A stretch of DNA of 64,000 nucleotides. Source: a virus. Every line of letters begins with the position of its first letter. Positions within the stretch are counted from its first letter, which is position 1. Positions 16,443-25,237 of the stretch are shown piece by piece. The notes under the pieces were generated by a model, which searched no databases, was not told where the DNA came from, and saw only the letters and a list, made by a program, of their open reading frames with translations. The stretch spans positions 12,941 to 76,940 of IMG/VR virus record IMGVR_UViG_3300038379_000741; one strand, written 5' to 3'. The position numbers and the translations under genes are program-made.

Positions 16443-17057
16443 ATGGACCCGCTCGTCTCTTACCTCGTCACCGCCATGAAGACCTGGAGCCCCGAGCACC
16501 TCATGCCCCACAAGGACGTCTCTCACTACCAGTCGATCGCGGAGGACTTCAAGGCGGTCGCGACCGACCCGGCCGAGAAGTCATTGTTCGAGGGCGCGGA
16601 CGGCCGCGCCAAGACGGCGCTCCTGTTCGCCTCCATCGCGTTCATGGAGTCGAGCTACTGGCCCAGCATCGACGACGGCACCTGCAACGGCCTGCACCCT
16701 GAGAAGACCGAGGAGCTGGACCTCCTCAAGAAGGCCGGCATGGGGTGTGACGGCAAGAACGCCTGGAGCATCATGCAGATCCACGTCGGCAAGGGGATCT
16801 GGCTCACGGTCGACGGCTTCACGTCGATGGGAGGCACGGGTCCCGCCATCACGGGTCCTGACCTCATCAAGGACCGGCGGCTCGCCATCCGGGTTGCTCT
16901 CCACATCCTCCGGTCGTCGCTCCGGGCCAACATCGGCCTCTGCGGCTACAGCGGCGAGCACTACCGTGAGGTCGGCGACGACCACAACTGCCCCCTCGCC
17001 CACGCCCGCATGCAGCGCGCCAAGGACTACTTCAAGGAGCACCCGTATGCCCCGTGA
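16443..17057 (+). CDS. Lysozyme-like/lytic transglycosylase (SLT-like) cell-wall hydrolase candidate
   Basis: SIAFMESSY (candidate catalytic Glu) and AWSIMQI, resembling the GLMQI motif. Confidence 0.55.
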   Translation: MDPLVSYLVTAMKTWSPEHLMPHKDVSHYQSIAEDFKAVATDPAEKSLFEGADGRAKTALLFASIAFMESSYWPSIDDGTCNGLHPEKTEELDLLKKAGMGCDGKNAWSIMQIHVGKGIWLTVDGFTSMGGTGPAITGPDLIKDRRLAIRVALHILRSSLRANIGLCGYSGEHYREVGDDHNCPLAHARMQRAKDYFKEHPYAP

Positions 17058-17063
17058 GATGCG

Positions 17064-17237
17064 GTGCGCGTATTGCGGGTTCTCGCATCCCTTCACACCT
17101 GGCAGTGCGTGGAGGCGCGCGAGGAGCGCGAGCGCCGCTCGGTCCGAAACGCCAAGCTCACCCTCCTCGCCGCCGCGCTCGTCGCCTCCGCCGGCATTGC
17201 AGCCACGCTCCTCGGCGTGCTAGGAGATGGACGATGA
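17064..17237 (+). CDS. Small single-TM protein downstream of the hydrolase
   Basis: The frame gives HTWQC...KLTLLAAALVASAGIAATLLGVLG. The start is uncertain because ATG 17059 (MRCAYCG) is in another frame. Confidence 0.35.
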   Translation: MRVLRVLASLHTWQCVEAREERERRSVRNAKLTLLAAALVASAGIAATLLGVLGDGR

Positions 17238-17482
17238 GTAACTCCGTCACCCGCTTTGGTGTCGTGCGCCGCCGGCCCCGCGACCCCGTCGAGGTCGCAC
17301 CCCACATCACCCGCTCCCACAAGCCCGACCCGCAGCGCGCCATCCAGGCTCCACCCGGGACCTTCAACGGCTGGAAGCCCTCGCTCCACTTCGAGGTCAT
17401 CGGCGCCTTCCGACCCCTCGGGCTCGTCGACTGGGGGTCCTGATCGCGGCATCTACCAAGCTTCGTCTGTTCGCGTAAAACC

Positions 17483-18592
17483 TTGAGGGAGGAGATGGTC
17501 GACGCCCCGGCTACGAGTTCGCGCTACTTCGAGAAGGCCATGGCCATCGCCAAGGAGGACTTGGAGTGGTGGCACTGCGAGCGCGTCGCCCTCCTCGACG
17601 TCGGCTCCATCAACTTCGACATCGGCGACACCTCGGTCTGGAACGAGGAGCGCCTCACCGGCCTCCACGAGCGCACGATGAGCAAGGGCCACCACATCCG
17701 CTGGGCCCGCCCGATCGCACGGGTGTACTCCCACCTGGCCGGCGACGAGCGCGAGGTCGCCCGCCAGCGCTGGCTCACCTTCAACGGCGACCACGGGTTC
17801 GTGACGAGCCAGTTCACCGTCGACGGCGAGAACGGTTGCGTTGACCCAGAAACCGAAATTCTGACTATTCGAGGATGGCAAACCCATCATGAGGTTCAGG
17901 AGGGCGACCTCGTAGCAACGATGGGACTCTCCTCGGAGCAGTTGGAGTGGCAACCTATTCTTGGAAAGATCGTGGCCCCTTACAAGGGGAAGATGTTGCA
18001 CGTCCAGACGTCACGAGTCGACATGCTTCTCACGCCCAACCACCGCGTCGTTTTCCAGAGGCAGTTGCGCGGACGATGGGGACCATTCCAAGTTGCTCGT
18101 GTCGACCAGATGCCCCCTCAGAATACCAAGATCCGAATCCCCCAAGCTCTTCCTGGAGCGAGCCTCCGGCAGTTCGCCTGTTGGTATCACGAGAAACACG
18201 ACGGGCGTTGGCCGGGCGAGTGGATCGATTACGAAGGTCTAGTTTGGTGCGTGCAAACTCCGAACAGCACTTGGGTGGCACGTCGAAACGGGAGTATCTT
18301 TGTTACCGGAAACTCCTACACCGGCATCGTCCTGAACCTGCCCGAGTCTCTCGCCGCCCTCTCGGAGGAGCGGGCCAAGCGCGTCCCCCCACCTCGCACG
18401 GTCATGGAGATGCTCGAGGACTGGGCCCGGCGCTCGACCAAGAGGCGCGTCGAGGACCTCCGGCGCATGGCGATCCGCTCCTACGCCCGAACCCTCCACG
18501 CCTACGCCAACACGCTCGTCACGCACCCGGACTGGCTCCGGGAGGCCCTCAACCTGCGGGCCCGGCGCCGCCGCAACAGGAAGGACGCATGA
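17483..18592 (+). CDS. Hypothetical protein interrupted by a mini-intein
   Basis: Exteins total ~210 aa and have no motif I recognise. The internal Hint domain is clear. Confidence 0.7.
   Translation: MREEMVDAPATSSRYFEKAMAIAKEDLEWWHCERVALLDVGSINFDIGDTSVWNEERLTGLHERTMSKGHHIRWARPIARVYSHLAGDEREVARQRWLTFNGDHGFVTSQFTVDGENGCVDPETEILTIRGWQTHHEVQEGDLVATMGLSSEQLEWQPILGKIVAPYKGKMLHVQTSRVDMLLTPNHRVVFQRQLRGRWGPFQVARVDQMPPQNTKIRIPQALPGASLRQFACWYHEKHDGRWPGEWIDYEGLVWCVQTPNSTWVARRNGSIFVTGNSYTGIVLNLPESLAALSEERAKRVPPPRTVMEMLEDWARRSTKRRVEDLRRMAIRSYARTLHAYANTLVTHPDWLREALNLRARRRRNRKDA
17837..18313 (+). mobile_element. Mini-intein (159 aa, no homing endonuclease)
   Basis: Block A CVDPETEILTIRGW, block B LLTPNHRVV, block F/G VWCVQTPNSTWVARRNGSIFVTGN followed by Ser. 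The DNA is more AT-rich than the flanks. Confidence 0.9.
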
Positions 18593-18969
18593 GCGACATC
18601 ATCGCGTCCTGTGCGTGCGGGTGGAGCACCAAGGCCGTCATCCCCGACGACGCCGACGAGCCCGTCCGGACCAGCGCCCAGCGCGTCCTCGACGCGGCGC
18701 GGGACCGGCACGTCCTCGACTGCCCGAAGGCCGGGACCAAGAAGGTCGCCCTCTTCGCCCCGCCGCACTTCCCGTCGAGCTGGAAGTACCAGAGGGCCCT
18801 CGAGGAGCACGTCAAGCGGATCGGCGTCGAGGTCAAGTTCTCGAGCAAGCTGGGATCGCGCCGGGTCGTCGTTACCGGCAACCCCGAGAACGTCGACGCG
18901 CTCCTGGCGTCAACCGGGAACCAACCCGTCTCCGGGGACGACATCAAAAGCGGCGGAGGCGAGGGGTGA
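18589..18969 (+). CDS. Hypothetical protein (126 aa)
   Basis: CACG...HVLDC motif, ATGA overlap. Confidence 0.55.
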   Translation: MSDIIASCACGWSTKAVIPDDADEPVRTSAQRVLDAARDRHVLDCPKAGTKKVALFAPPHFPSSWKYQRALEEHVKRIGVEVKFSSKLGSRRVVVTGNPENVDALLASTGNQPVSGDDIKSGGGEG

Positions 18970-19325
18970 CGCGCGTCAAGGTCCCGGAGGAGAGCACGAC
19001 TCGCAAGCGCCCCAACCCGCGCTGCACCCACCTCGACATGGCCGGCGACAGCACCATCGTGGTCTTCAAGAACGTGGCCTGGTGCGAGCAGTGCGGCGAG
19101 GGCAGGCCCGAGGAGCCCGCCCCTTCCGACCTCAACGCCGCCGCGCTTCGGATCTTCAACGACAAGCACGTACCTACTCCGGAAGAGCAGGAGATGGCCA
19201 AGCAGCACGCCGACCTCTACTTCGAGAAGAGCACCAACCCGATCTGCCCGCTCGACCCCGGTCCAGGCGGCTTCCGCTGGTGCGGCCTCTGCAAGACCTA
19301 CCACGCCGGAGCGCGGAAGACATGA
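18966..19325 (+). CDS. Cys-rich hypothetical protein (119 aa)
   Basis: CTH, CEQC, CPL and CGLC motifs. Confidence 0.55.
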   Translation: MTRVKVPEESTTRKRPNPRCTHLDMAGDSTIVVFKNVAWCEQCGEGRPEEPAPSDLNAAALRIFNDKHVPTPEEQEMAKQHADLYFEKSTNPICPLDPGPGGFRWCGLCKTYHAGARKT

Positions 19326-19717
19326 CGAAAAAGACCATGCGAACGCTCCGTCTCGTCTACGGAATCCCCGAGGGCCAACTTCTCACCGCGGGCTCTCACC
19401 GTGAGCCGCACGGCTCCCTCCTCTACAACGGGGACGTTGCCGCCGATCCGTGCCCTGCGGAGTGGGAGGACTCCCCACTACCCGAAGACGACGAGATCGC
19501 GGCCTCGCACCCGGTCCGCACACACTTGCACGGCACCTACGCGGAGGCGATGCGGCTTGTCGGCGCCCGACGGCTCGCGCGCGCGACCGTCCTGGTCGAG
19601 GAGGGCCACCGCGAGCGATGCCTGCGGTGCATGTCGGCGATAGCGAAGCTCTCTAAAGATGAGAGCGGTCCGGACGATACCGTCGAGGTCTTCGAGGTCT
19701 TCGAGGTCTTTCGATGA
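19322..19717 (+). CDS. Hypothetical protein (131 aa)
   Basis: Coupled ORF. Confidence 0.45.
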   Translation: MTKKTMRTLRLVYGIPEGQLLTAGSHREPHGSLLYNGDVAADPCPAEWEDSPLPEDDEIAASHPVRTHLHGTYAEAMRLVGARRLARATVLVEEGHRERCLRCMSAIAKLSKDESGPDDTVEVFEVFEVFR

Positions 19718-20139
19718 GCCGCTCCCGCCCCCGCTACCTCCCACCCATCGGCCAGATCGTCGACGTCCAGTACTTCGCGAGGCGGTGGAAGATCGGCAAG
19801 TACCAGTACCACAACGCCCTGAACCTCCTCGTGCGCACGATGAAGCGGGACAAGGAGCAGGGCATCCCGGCCGACGAGGTCTGGTGGATCGGGCTCGACG
19901 AGCGGGGGGCCGCGAAGCTCATCAACCTCCTCAAGCTCCGGGCCCGCCACCCCGCCATGTTCGCCCGCCATTACGTCTCACGAGAGGAGTACGAGGACCT
20001 CTCGACCCGCATGCTCCGGCTCGAGGAGGTCCTGGCCGAGGAGCGCAAGCGGAACCACGGGCTCGCCGCTCGCGTCCGCAAGCTCGAGAACGACGCCAAG
20101 GCCGTCTTCCCCGGCACCGTTACCCGACGCACGGGGTGA
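19714..20139 (+). CDS. Putative DNA-binding/coiled-coil protein (141 aa)
   Basis: Basic helical N-terminus and a C-terminal heptad repeat. Confidence 0.55.
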   Translation: MSRSRPRYLPPIGQIVDVQYFARRWKIGKYQYHNALNLLVRTMKRDKEQGIPADEVWWIGLDERGAAKLINLLKLRARHPAMFARHYVSREEYEDLSTRMLRLEEVLAEERKRNHGLAARVRKLENDAKAVFPGTVTRRTG

Positions 20140-20801
20140 CGCGCGCCATCTTCGACTCTATGCGCACCACCGTCGACGAGAAGGGGAACACGTCCTGGCA
20201 CCTCACCAAGGCCGAGATCACCGTCCTCCTCGCCCACATGGCGAGAGACGCTATCCGCCCCGCCCTCTCCAGCCTCGTCCTCAACACCGAGAAGGGCCGG
20301 GCCTGGTCGACGGACGGCCACCGCGCTGCGCTCGCCGTCACCAAGGACCGCGTCGACCACGACCGCGCCGCCAAGACGAAGGACGCCATCCTGGTCCCGA
20401 GAAAGACGCTCGAAAGCGTCACCCATCTCCGAGAGATCGTCATCACCCCCCGGCTCGGGAGTCCGATCGAGATCGCGATTCAAGGTGACAAGGACATCTG
20501 CGTCCTCACCAAGGAGCCCGAGGAGGCCCACCCCCGGCAGATCGACCAGGTCGCCCCACAGATCGGGGCCAAGCACGTGGGAGTTCCGGCGTCCTTCAAC
20601 GGCTCCTACCTCGCCGACACCTACCTCATCGTCAAAGCCCTCCCGATGCGGGAAACGCGAGAGGGTCGACGGGTCGAGAAGATGCCCGAGGCCCTCACCT
20701 TCTACCCCCCGACCGACAAGCACCAGCCGGTCACCATCACGGCTTCGTCGAACCTGAACTCGACGGAGTGGACGGTGCTCCTCATGCCGATAAGAAAATG
20801 A
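20136..20801 (+). CDS. Short beta sliding clamp (DnaN)-like protein (221 aa)
   Basis: RPALSSL, STDGHRA, ILVPRK, SFNGSYLAD, QPVTIT and a terminal LLMPIRK, all matching DnaN domain II-III motifs. Confidence 0.7.
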   Translation: MTRAIFDSMRTTVDEKGNTSWHLTKAEITVLLAHMARDAIRPALSSLVLNTEKGRAWSTDGHRAALAVTKDRVDHDRAAKTKDAILVPRKTLESVTHLREIVITPRLGSPIEIAIQGDKDICVLTKEPEEAHPRQIDQVAPQIGAKHVGVPASFNGSYLADTYLIVKALPMRETREGRRVEKMPEALTFYPPTDKHQPVTITASSNLNSTEWTVLLMPIRK

Positions 20802-20899
20802 GACCCGTCGGCACCCAGGCCCTCGACGGCGGCCGCCGCTACCCGGGAACGTCCGCGACCTCCGCGCTCTTCGCCCTCTGCGACGACGGCCCGTGACCG

Positions 20900-21151
20900 A
20901 TGGTGAACCAGTTCAACGCCAAGATCATGTTCGAGGCCGTCCTCTGGCGCTGCCACGCCGAGGACTCCAATCTCTCCGGCTGCGTCGAGGGCTACTGGTT
21001 CCAGGGCGACCCCCCGGCGTGGCTGGTCCGAGACGCCGCAACCGGCCAGGTCCTCGCCAAGGGTACGACTACGACGGCGAAGGGAGGCCGGGCCTGCGTC
21101 CAGCGCGCCATCGCGCACATCAAGAAGGAGCGGAAAGCGCAAAAAGGATGA
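20900..21151 (+). CDS. Hypothetical protein (83 aa)
   Basis: GC3-rich ORF. Confidence 0.5.
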   Translation: MVNQFNAKIMFEAVLWRCHAEDSNLSGCVEGYWFQGDPPAWLVRDAATGQVLAKGTTTTAKGGRACVQRAIAHIKKERKAQKG

Positions 21152-21694
21152 CGAGTGCGCGTGCTGCGCCTACCGCTTCATCCCCCGAGACGTTCTGGAC
21201 TGGCTCGACCGACTCATCAACGCCCCCGACCCACCCACGCTCTCGGTCCCTGGACCTGGCCGCCGACGCGTTGCATGAAGACGACCCCCACCCTCTCTTG
21301 TCGTTGCCTACATCTCCAAACTTGCGCCTCGCGCAGAATTCGCGCGCGCGACGCCCACTATCGACCCGACACCCCCGACACTCGCCTCTCTACACGGCAA
21401 TCAAGCCTCGACCCGCCCGCAAATAGATCCCCAGAGTCCCCGTTCCCATGACGTAATGGAGCGGGCTGTACCGTCCTACACATAAGGGTATGGGAATATG
21501 TTTTCCGGGACCCCCCGCCCCCGAGGACCCCGTGGCTCTCAATCGAGTCAGACCGACCTCGGCGACCCGAGAGTTCGGAGCCCGAGAGGCGACCGCGATG
21601 CTGCTCTCGGCCGGGCACATCACCGACGTCGACGCGCGGTCGATCGTCGAGAACCGCTCCCTGACTCCAGAGGTTCTGGACTCGGAGAATCGGC

Positions 21695-22294
21695 GTGGCT
21701 AGCTCGGGCACCAAGGCGGTCAAGGTCCGGGTCGACGCCCACAACGCCATGGACCGGCTCGTGGTCGACAACCCCAAGCTGCCGCAGGCGGTCGCGCTCG
21801 CGGCGCAGGGGTACAGCTACCGTCAGATCGCGCAGGCGCTCGGGTGGAAGAACCAGTCGACTCCGCACCGGCTCCTCGAGCGCTACAACGAGCTGGCCGC
21901 CCTCCTCGAGGCCGCGGACGTCACCCACAAGGTCCTGAACGAGTGCCGCGGCATCGACGCCGCCGTCACGCGCCTCTGGCAAGTGGTGGACCGGTGCTGG
22001 AAGGACGCCGACGCCGCCAACCCGGACCGCGTCGGCTTCGACCCCAAGGCCGTCAACGAGGCCTTCCGGACCATGAACCAGCTCGTGCAGACCAAGGCCA
22101 AGCTCCTCGGCATGTTCGCGCCCGAGCGCGTCGACGTCAGCCACAACGTGTCCGGCCTCGCGGCCTGGCAGCAGGCGATGGCGAGCGGGGAGATCAAGAC
22201 CCCGTCTGACCTCACCGACGACGGCCCCCTCGGCCCCCAGAAGCCGAGCCCGGACGGGAACGGCGCCGAGCGGCCGCCGGGCACGCTCCAATAG
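21695..22294 (+). CDS. terS: Terminase small subunit candidate (HTH)
   Basis: HTH YSYRQIAQALGW and KAKLLGMFAPERVDV motif, upstream of the large terminase. Confidence 0.7.
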   Translation: MASSGTKAVKVRVDAHNAMDRLVVDNPKLPQAVALAAQGYSYRQIAQALGWKNQSTPHRLLERYNELAALLEAADVTHKVLNECRGIDAAVTRLWQVVDRCWKDADAANPDRVGFDPKAVNEAFRTMNQLVQTKAKLLGMFAPERVDVSHNVSGLAAWQQAMASGEIKTPSDLTDDGPLGPQKPSPDGNGAERPPGTLQ

Positions 22295-22295
22295 C

Positions 22296-22317
22296 GACGT
22301 CCCCGCGCGGGGACGTC
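22296..22317. repeat. Perfect 22-bp palindrome, copy 2
   Basis: Identical to 12316-12337 and lies 1 bp after the terS stop. Confidence 0.95.
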
Positions 22318-22487
22318 AGAAGGACCGCCAAGACCTTGACCGAGCACCAAGACCCCAACCTGTTCTTCCAAGTCCGTCACAAGCATGACTCGAGGACGTC
22401 CTACTTCGAGCCGGACGGCCGCGCCAAGAGCGCCGAGGACGTCCCTGTCAAGGCCGAGGCCGAGTACAACTGCTGCTACGTCCCCTC

Positions 22488-22736
22488 ATGACCACCCCCG
22501 ACTTCAAGTGGCGGAAGGACGTCCCACCCGTCCCCGCGATCGAGTGTCGAGCCCACCCCGCGGGCGGCTTTGTCCGTCTCGAGTCCCTCCCCGACAACCG
22601 CCCCGAGCGGTACAACGAGATGACCAAGAAGTGGGAGCCGACTCCCCCGGGCGCCGTCGTCCACGTCATCACCGGCTACGGCCGGAGCCGCTCCTCCCTC
22701 GGCTTCCCCGAGGTCGAGTCGACCTCGGCCGAATAG
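22488..22736 (+). CDS. Hypothetical protein (82 aa)
   Basis: GC3-rich ORF between terS and terL. Confidence 0.5.
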   Translation: MTTPDFKWRKDVPPVPAIECRAHPAGGFVRLESLPDNRPERYNEMTKKWEPTPPGAVVHVITGYGRSRSSLGFPEVESTSAE

Positions 22737-22825
22737 AACTGCGGCGGTACGGTCGCGGAGTGCTCCCTCCCCTCCCCCGGGCTCCAGCACCCCGCACTCG
22801 GCCGCCGCACCTACTCCCGCAACGC

Positions 22826-24631
22826 ATGGCACGAGTAGCACGCCCCGACATCCTCCTTACTCCAAAGAAGCGCCGAGCCCTCGAGCGCAAGGCCCAGCGA
22901 GCATCCCTCGCCCTGGCTCCCCCACCTCACCCGGAGCCCGAACCCCTTCCCGAGATCGTCCTCAGCGACGGCCTCGAGGCCGTCAACGACTCAGGCGCCC
23001 AGATGCTCGCCGAGGCGATGGAGCGGTGGCGCCGCGACCCCGTCACCTTTGCGTGGGAAGTGCTCGGGATCTGGTGCTGGCGCAAGCAGCGCCAGATGCT
23101 CCGGATGATGTGCTTCAACCGGCGCGTCGCGATCCGGTCCGCGCAGAAATGCTCGAAGACCAACACGGTCGTGATCTTTGCGCTCTGGTGGCTGAACACC
23201 AAGCCGGGCGCCAAGGTGCTGGTCACCTCCTCCACCTATGACAACATCAAGGGCGTCTTCTGGGCCGAGCTGAAGCAGGTCGTCCGCCAGGCCCGCTGCC
23301 CGCTCGGCCTCCACGTCCCCGACGACCCCGCGACCGGCATCCATCTCTGGGACGGTCGCTTCCTCAAGGGCTTCTCGCCCGCCTCCCAGGAGGGCTGGGG
23401 CGGCTTCTCAGGCCCCTCGATGTGCTTCATCATCGACGAGGCCTCCGGCATCGACCAGCCCATGTTCGAGGCCATGGCCGGCAACCTCGCGGGCGGCGGC
23501 TCCCTCGTCATGATCGGCAACCCGATCCAGAACGACGGGCCCTTCTTCGACGCTTTCCACGCCATGAGGGGCGCCTGGGTCAGCATGTACATGTCGGGCT
23601 GGGACACCCCGAACTGCACGAGGGAGCGCGTCCAGATCCGCGATCACCGCACGGGCGAGTTCGCCTGGGCCACCGCGATCCCCGGCCTCGCCCAACCGGA
23701 CGAGATGGCCAAGGACGCCGAGATCTTCGGCACCACGCACTCGTTCTACGTCACCCGCCGCCTCGGCGACTTCGCCTCCGAGTCCGACAACTCCATCGTC
23801 CCCCTCGGCCTCGTCGAGAAGGCGCGAGCCCGCTGGCTCATTCCGGAGGGGCAGCCCGGCTACGTGACCGGCGTCGGCCGCCTCGTCATCGGCATCGACC
23901 CCGCCCGCTTCGGCACCGACGCCATCGCGATGGCGACCCGGCGCGGTCGCCGCGTCTATCGCCTCCAAGCCATCCAGGGCGCCAAGATTCGCGGGCAGGC
24001 CGGCCAAGACGCCAACCCCACCTTCGCGCTCACCCAGCACGTGGTCGCCAGGGTCCGCGAGGAGATCGAGTTCTACAACGCCCGGCAACGCCCCGACGAG
24101 AGACGCGCCCTCGTCAACATCGACGCGGGCGGCGGCTACGGCGCCGGGATCGCCGACATGCTCCGCCAGCTCCGTTGGTCTAAGGGCAAGCTCCTCGAGG
24201 GTCAGCTCATGTGCGACGTCGTCGAGGTCAACTCGTCCGAGGTCGCCGACGACGAGGACAACCTCTACAACATGCGGACCCAGCTCCTCTTCGGCGTGAA
24301 GGAGTGGTTGGAGTCGGCCCCGGCCGCGCTCCCGTGCGCGGTCACGGGCCCCGCCCAGGTCGAGTACGACATGCTGATGGTCGACCTCATCGCGACCCGC
24401 TACGGCCACGACAATCGCGCGCGCAAGAAGGCCGAGTCCAAGGACGAGGTCCGCAAGCGCCTCGGCCGCTCGCCCGACCGCGGCGACGCCCTCGCCCTCT
24501 GCCTCTACATGGGCGGTACCGTCCAGACCGACGCGCGCTCCACCGTACTGGCCTATGGTCGCCACGACTCCCTTGAGTTGACGTCGCCCGGCGGACAGAG
24601 GTCGGTGGTGATCGCCTCCCCGAGGTCCTGA
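22826..24631 (+). CDS. terL: Terminase large subunit
   Basis: RVAIRSAQKCSKT (Walker A), FIIDEASG (Walker B), IGNP, and nuclease motifs GIDPARFGTD and SPDRGDAL. Start placed at ATG 22826. Confidence 0.92.
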   Translation: MARVARPDILLTPKKRRALERKAQRASLALAPPPHPEPEPLPEIVLSDGLEAVNDSGAQMLAEAMERWRRDPVTFAWEVLGIWCWRKQRQMLRMMCFNRRVAIRSAQKCSKTNTVVIFALWWLNTKPGAKVLVTSSTYDNIKGVFWAELKQVVRQARCPLGLHVPDDPATGIHLWDGRFLKGFSPASQEGWGGFSGPSMCFIIDEASGIDQPMFEAMAGNLAGGGSLVMIGNPIQNDGPFFDAFHAMRGAWVSMYMSGWDTPNCTRERVQIRDHRTGEFAWATAIPGLAQPDEMAKDAEIFGTTHSFYVTRRLGDFASESDNSIVPLGLVEKARARWLIPEGQPGYVTGVGRLVIGIDPARFGTDAIAMATRRGRRVYRLQAIQGAKIRGQAGQDANPTFALTQHVVARVREEIEFYNARQRPDERRALVNIDAGGGYGAGIADMLRQLRWSKGKLLEGQLMCDVVEVNSSEVADDEDNLYNMRTQLLFGVKEWLESAPAALPCAVTGPAQVEYDMLMVDLIATRYGHDNRARKKAESKDEVRKRLGRSPDRGDALALCLYMGGTVQTDARSTVLAYGRHDSLELTSPGGQRSVVIASPRS

Positions 24632-24688
24632 TGCTCCTCTCCCGCACCCTCAAGCCGGACACTACCGAGCCCCGACCAGGGGTGGGAG

Positions 24689-24835
24689 ATGTCGATGGCT
24701 CACCACAAGCGACGTAGGCCCAAGCACCAGCGCGCGGGCTGCCTCTATTGCAAACCCCACAAGGACGAGCGCCGCAAGAAGCGGCTCCGTCCGACTCAGG
24801 AGCGGAAGATCGGGGACCGGCCCTCGGACTACTAG
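24689..24835 (+). CDS. Small basic protein (48 aa)
   Basis: MSMAHHKRRRPKHQRAGCLYCKPHK, with a GGGAG RBS. Confidence 0.5.
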   Translation: MSMAHHKRRRPKHQRAGCLYCKPHKDERRKKRLRPTQERKIGDRPSDY

Positions 24836-25237
24836 ATGCGTCGACCCGTCCGATTCCCCGAGCCCGCGTCGCCCCTGCCGGCAGCCCCCGCACCGCCGAG
24901 TGAGCCGGAGGTCCTCACCTCGACCTACGGCGGCGACCTACCCGACATGGGCGTCGTCTGCCCGCCCGGCATGGTGCCGGCCCCGCCCCCGAAGAACATC
25001 ACGCACCAGAACATCGAGGAGTGGGTCAACCCCCCGGCCCACGCCCGGTTCGTGCCCGCGCCCCAGTCATCGGCACCCCCCGAGGAGGACCAGGAGCCAG
25101 CAGCCGCCTCGGCGATCCGGATCGCTCGCCGGGTCCTGCGCGACGAGTCCTCCTCACGTGACGCCAAGAAGGTCGCCCGCATGCTCATCTCCGTCCTCTC
25201 CATGAAGGTCCCGGACTCCCTCGCGAGGGAGGGGTGA
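24836..25237 (+). CDS. Pro-rich hypothetical protein (133 aa)
   Basis: Coupled to the portal gene. Confidence 0.5.
   Translation: MRRPVRFPEPASPLPAAPAPPSEPEVLTSTYGGDLPDMGVVCPPGMVPAPPPKNITHQNIEEWVNPPAHARFVPAPQSSAPPEEDQEPAAASAIRIARRVLRDESSSRDAKKVARMLISVLSMKVPDSLAREG

Noticed and set aside
17059-17237. Holin call for the small TM ORF after the hydrolase
   Set aside because: Only one TM segment and an ambiguous or frameshifted start (MRCAYCG and HTWQC lie in different frames). Kept as a low-confidence CDS only.
22385-22825. N-terminal 147 aa of the 748-aa terminase ORF
   Set aside because: Low-complexity Arg/Pro off-frame translation overlapping ORF 22488-22736. The real start is more likely ATG 22826.
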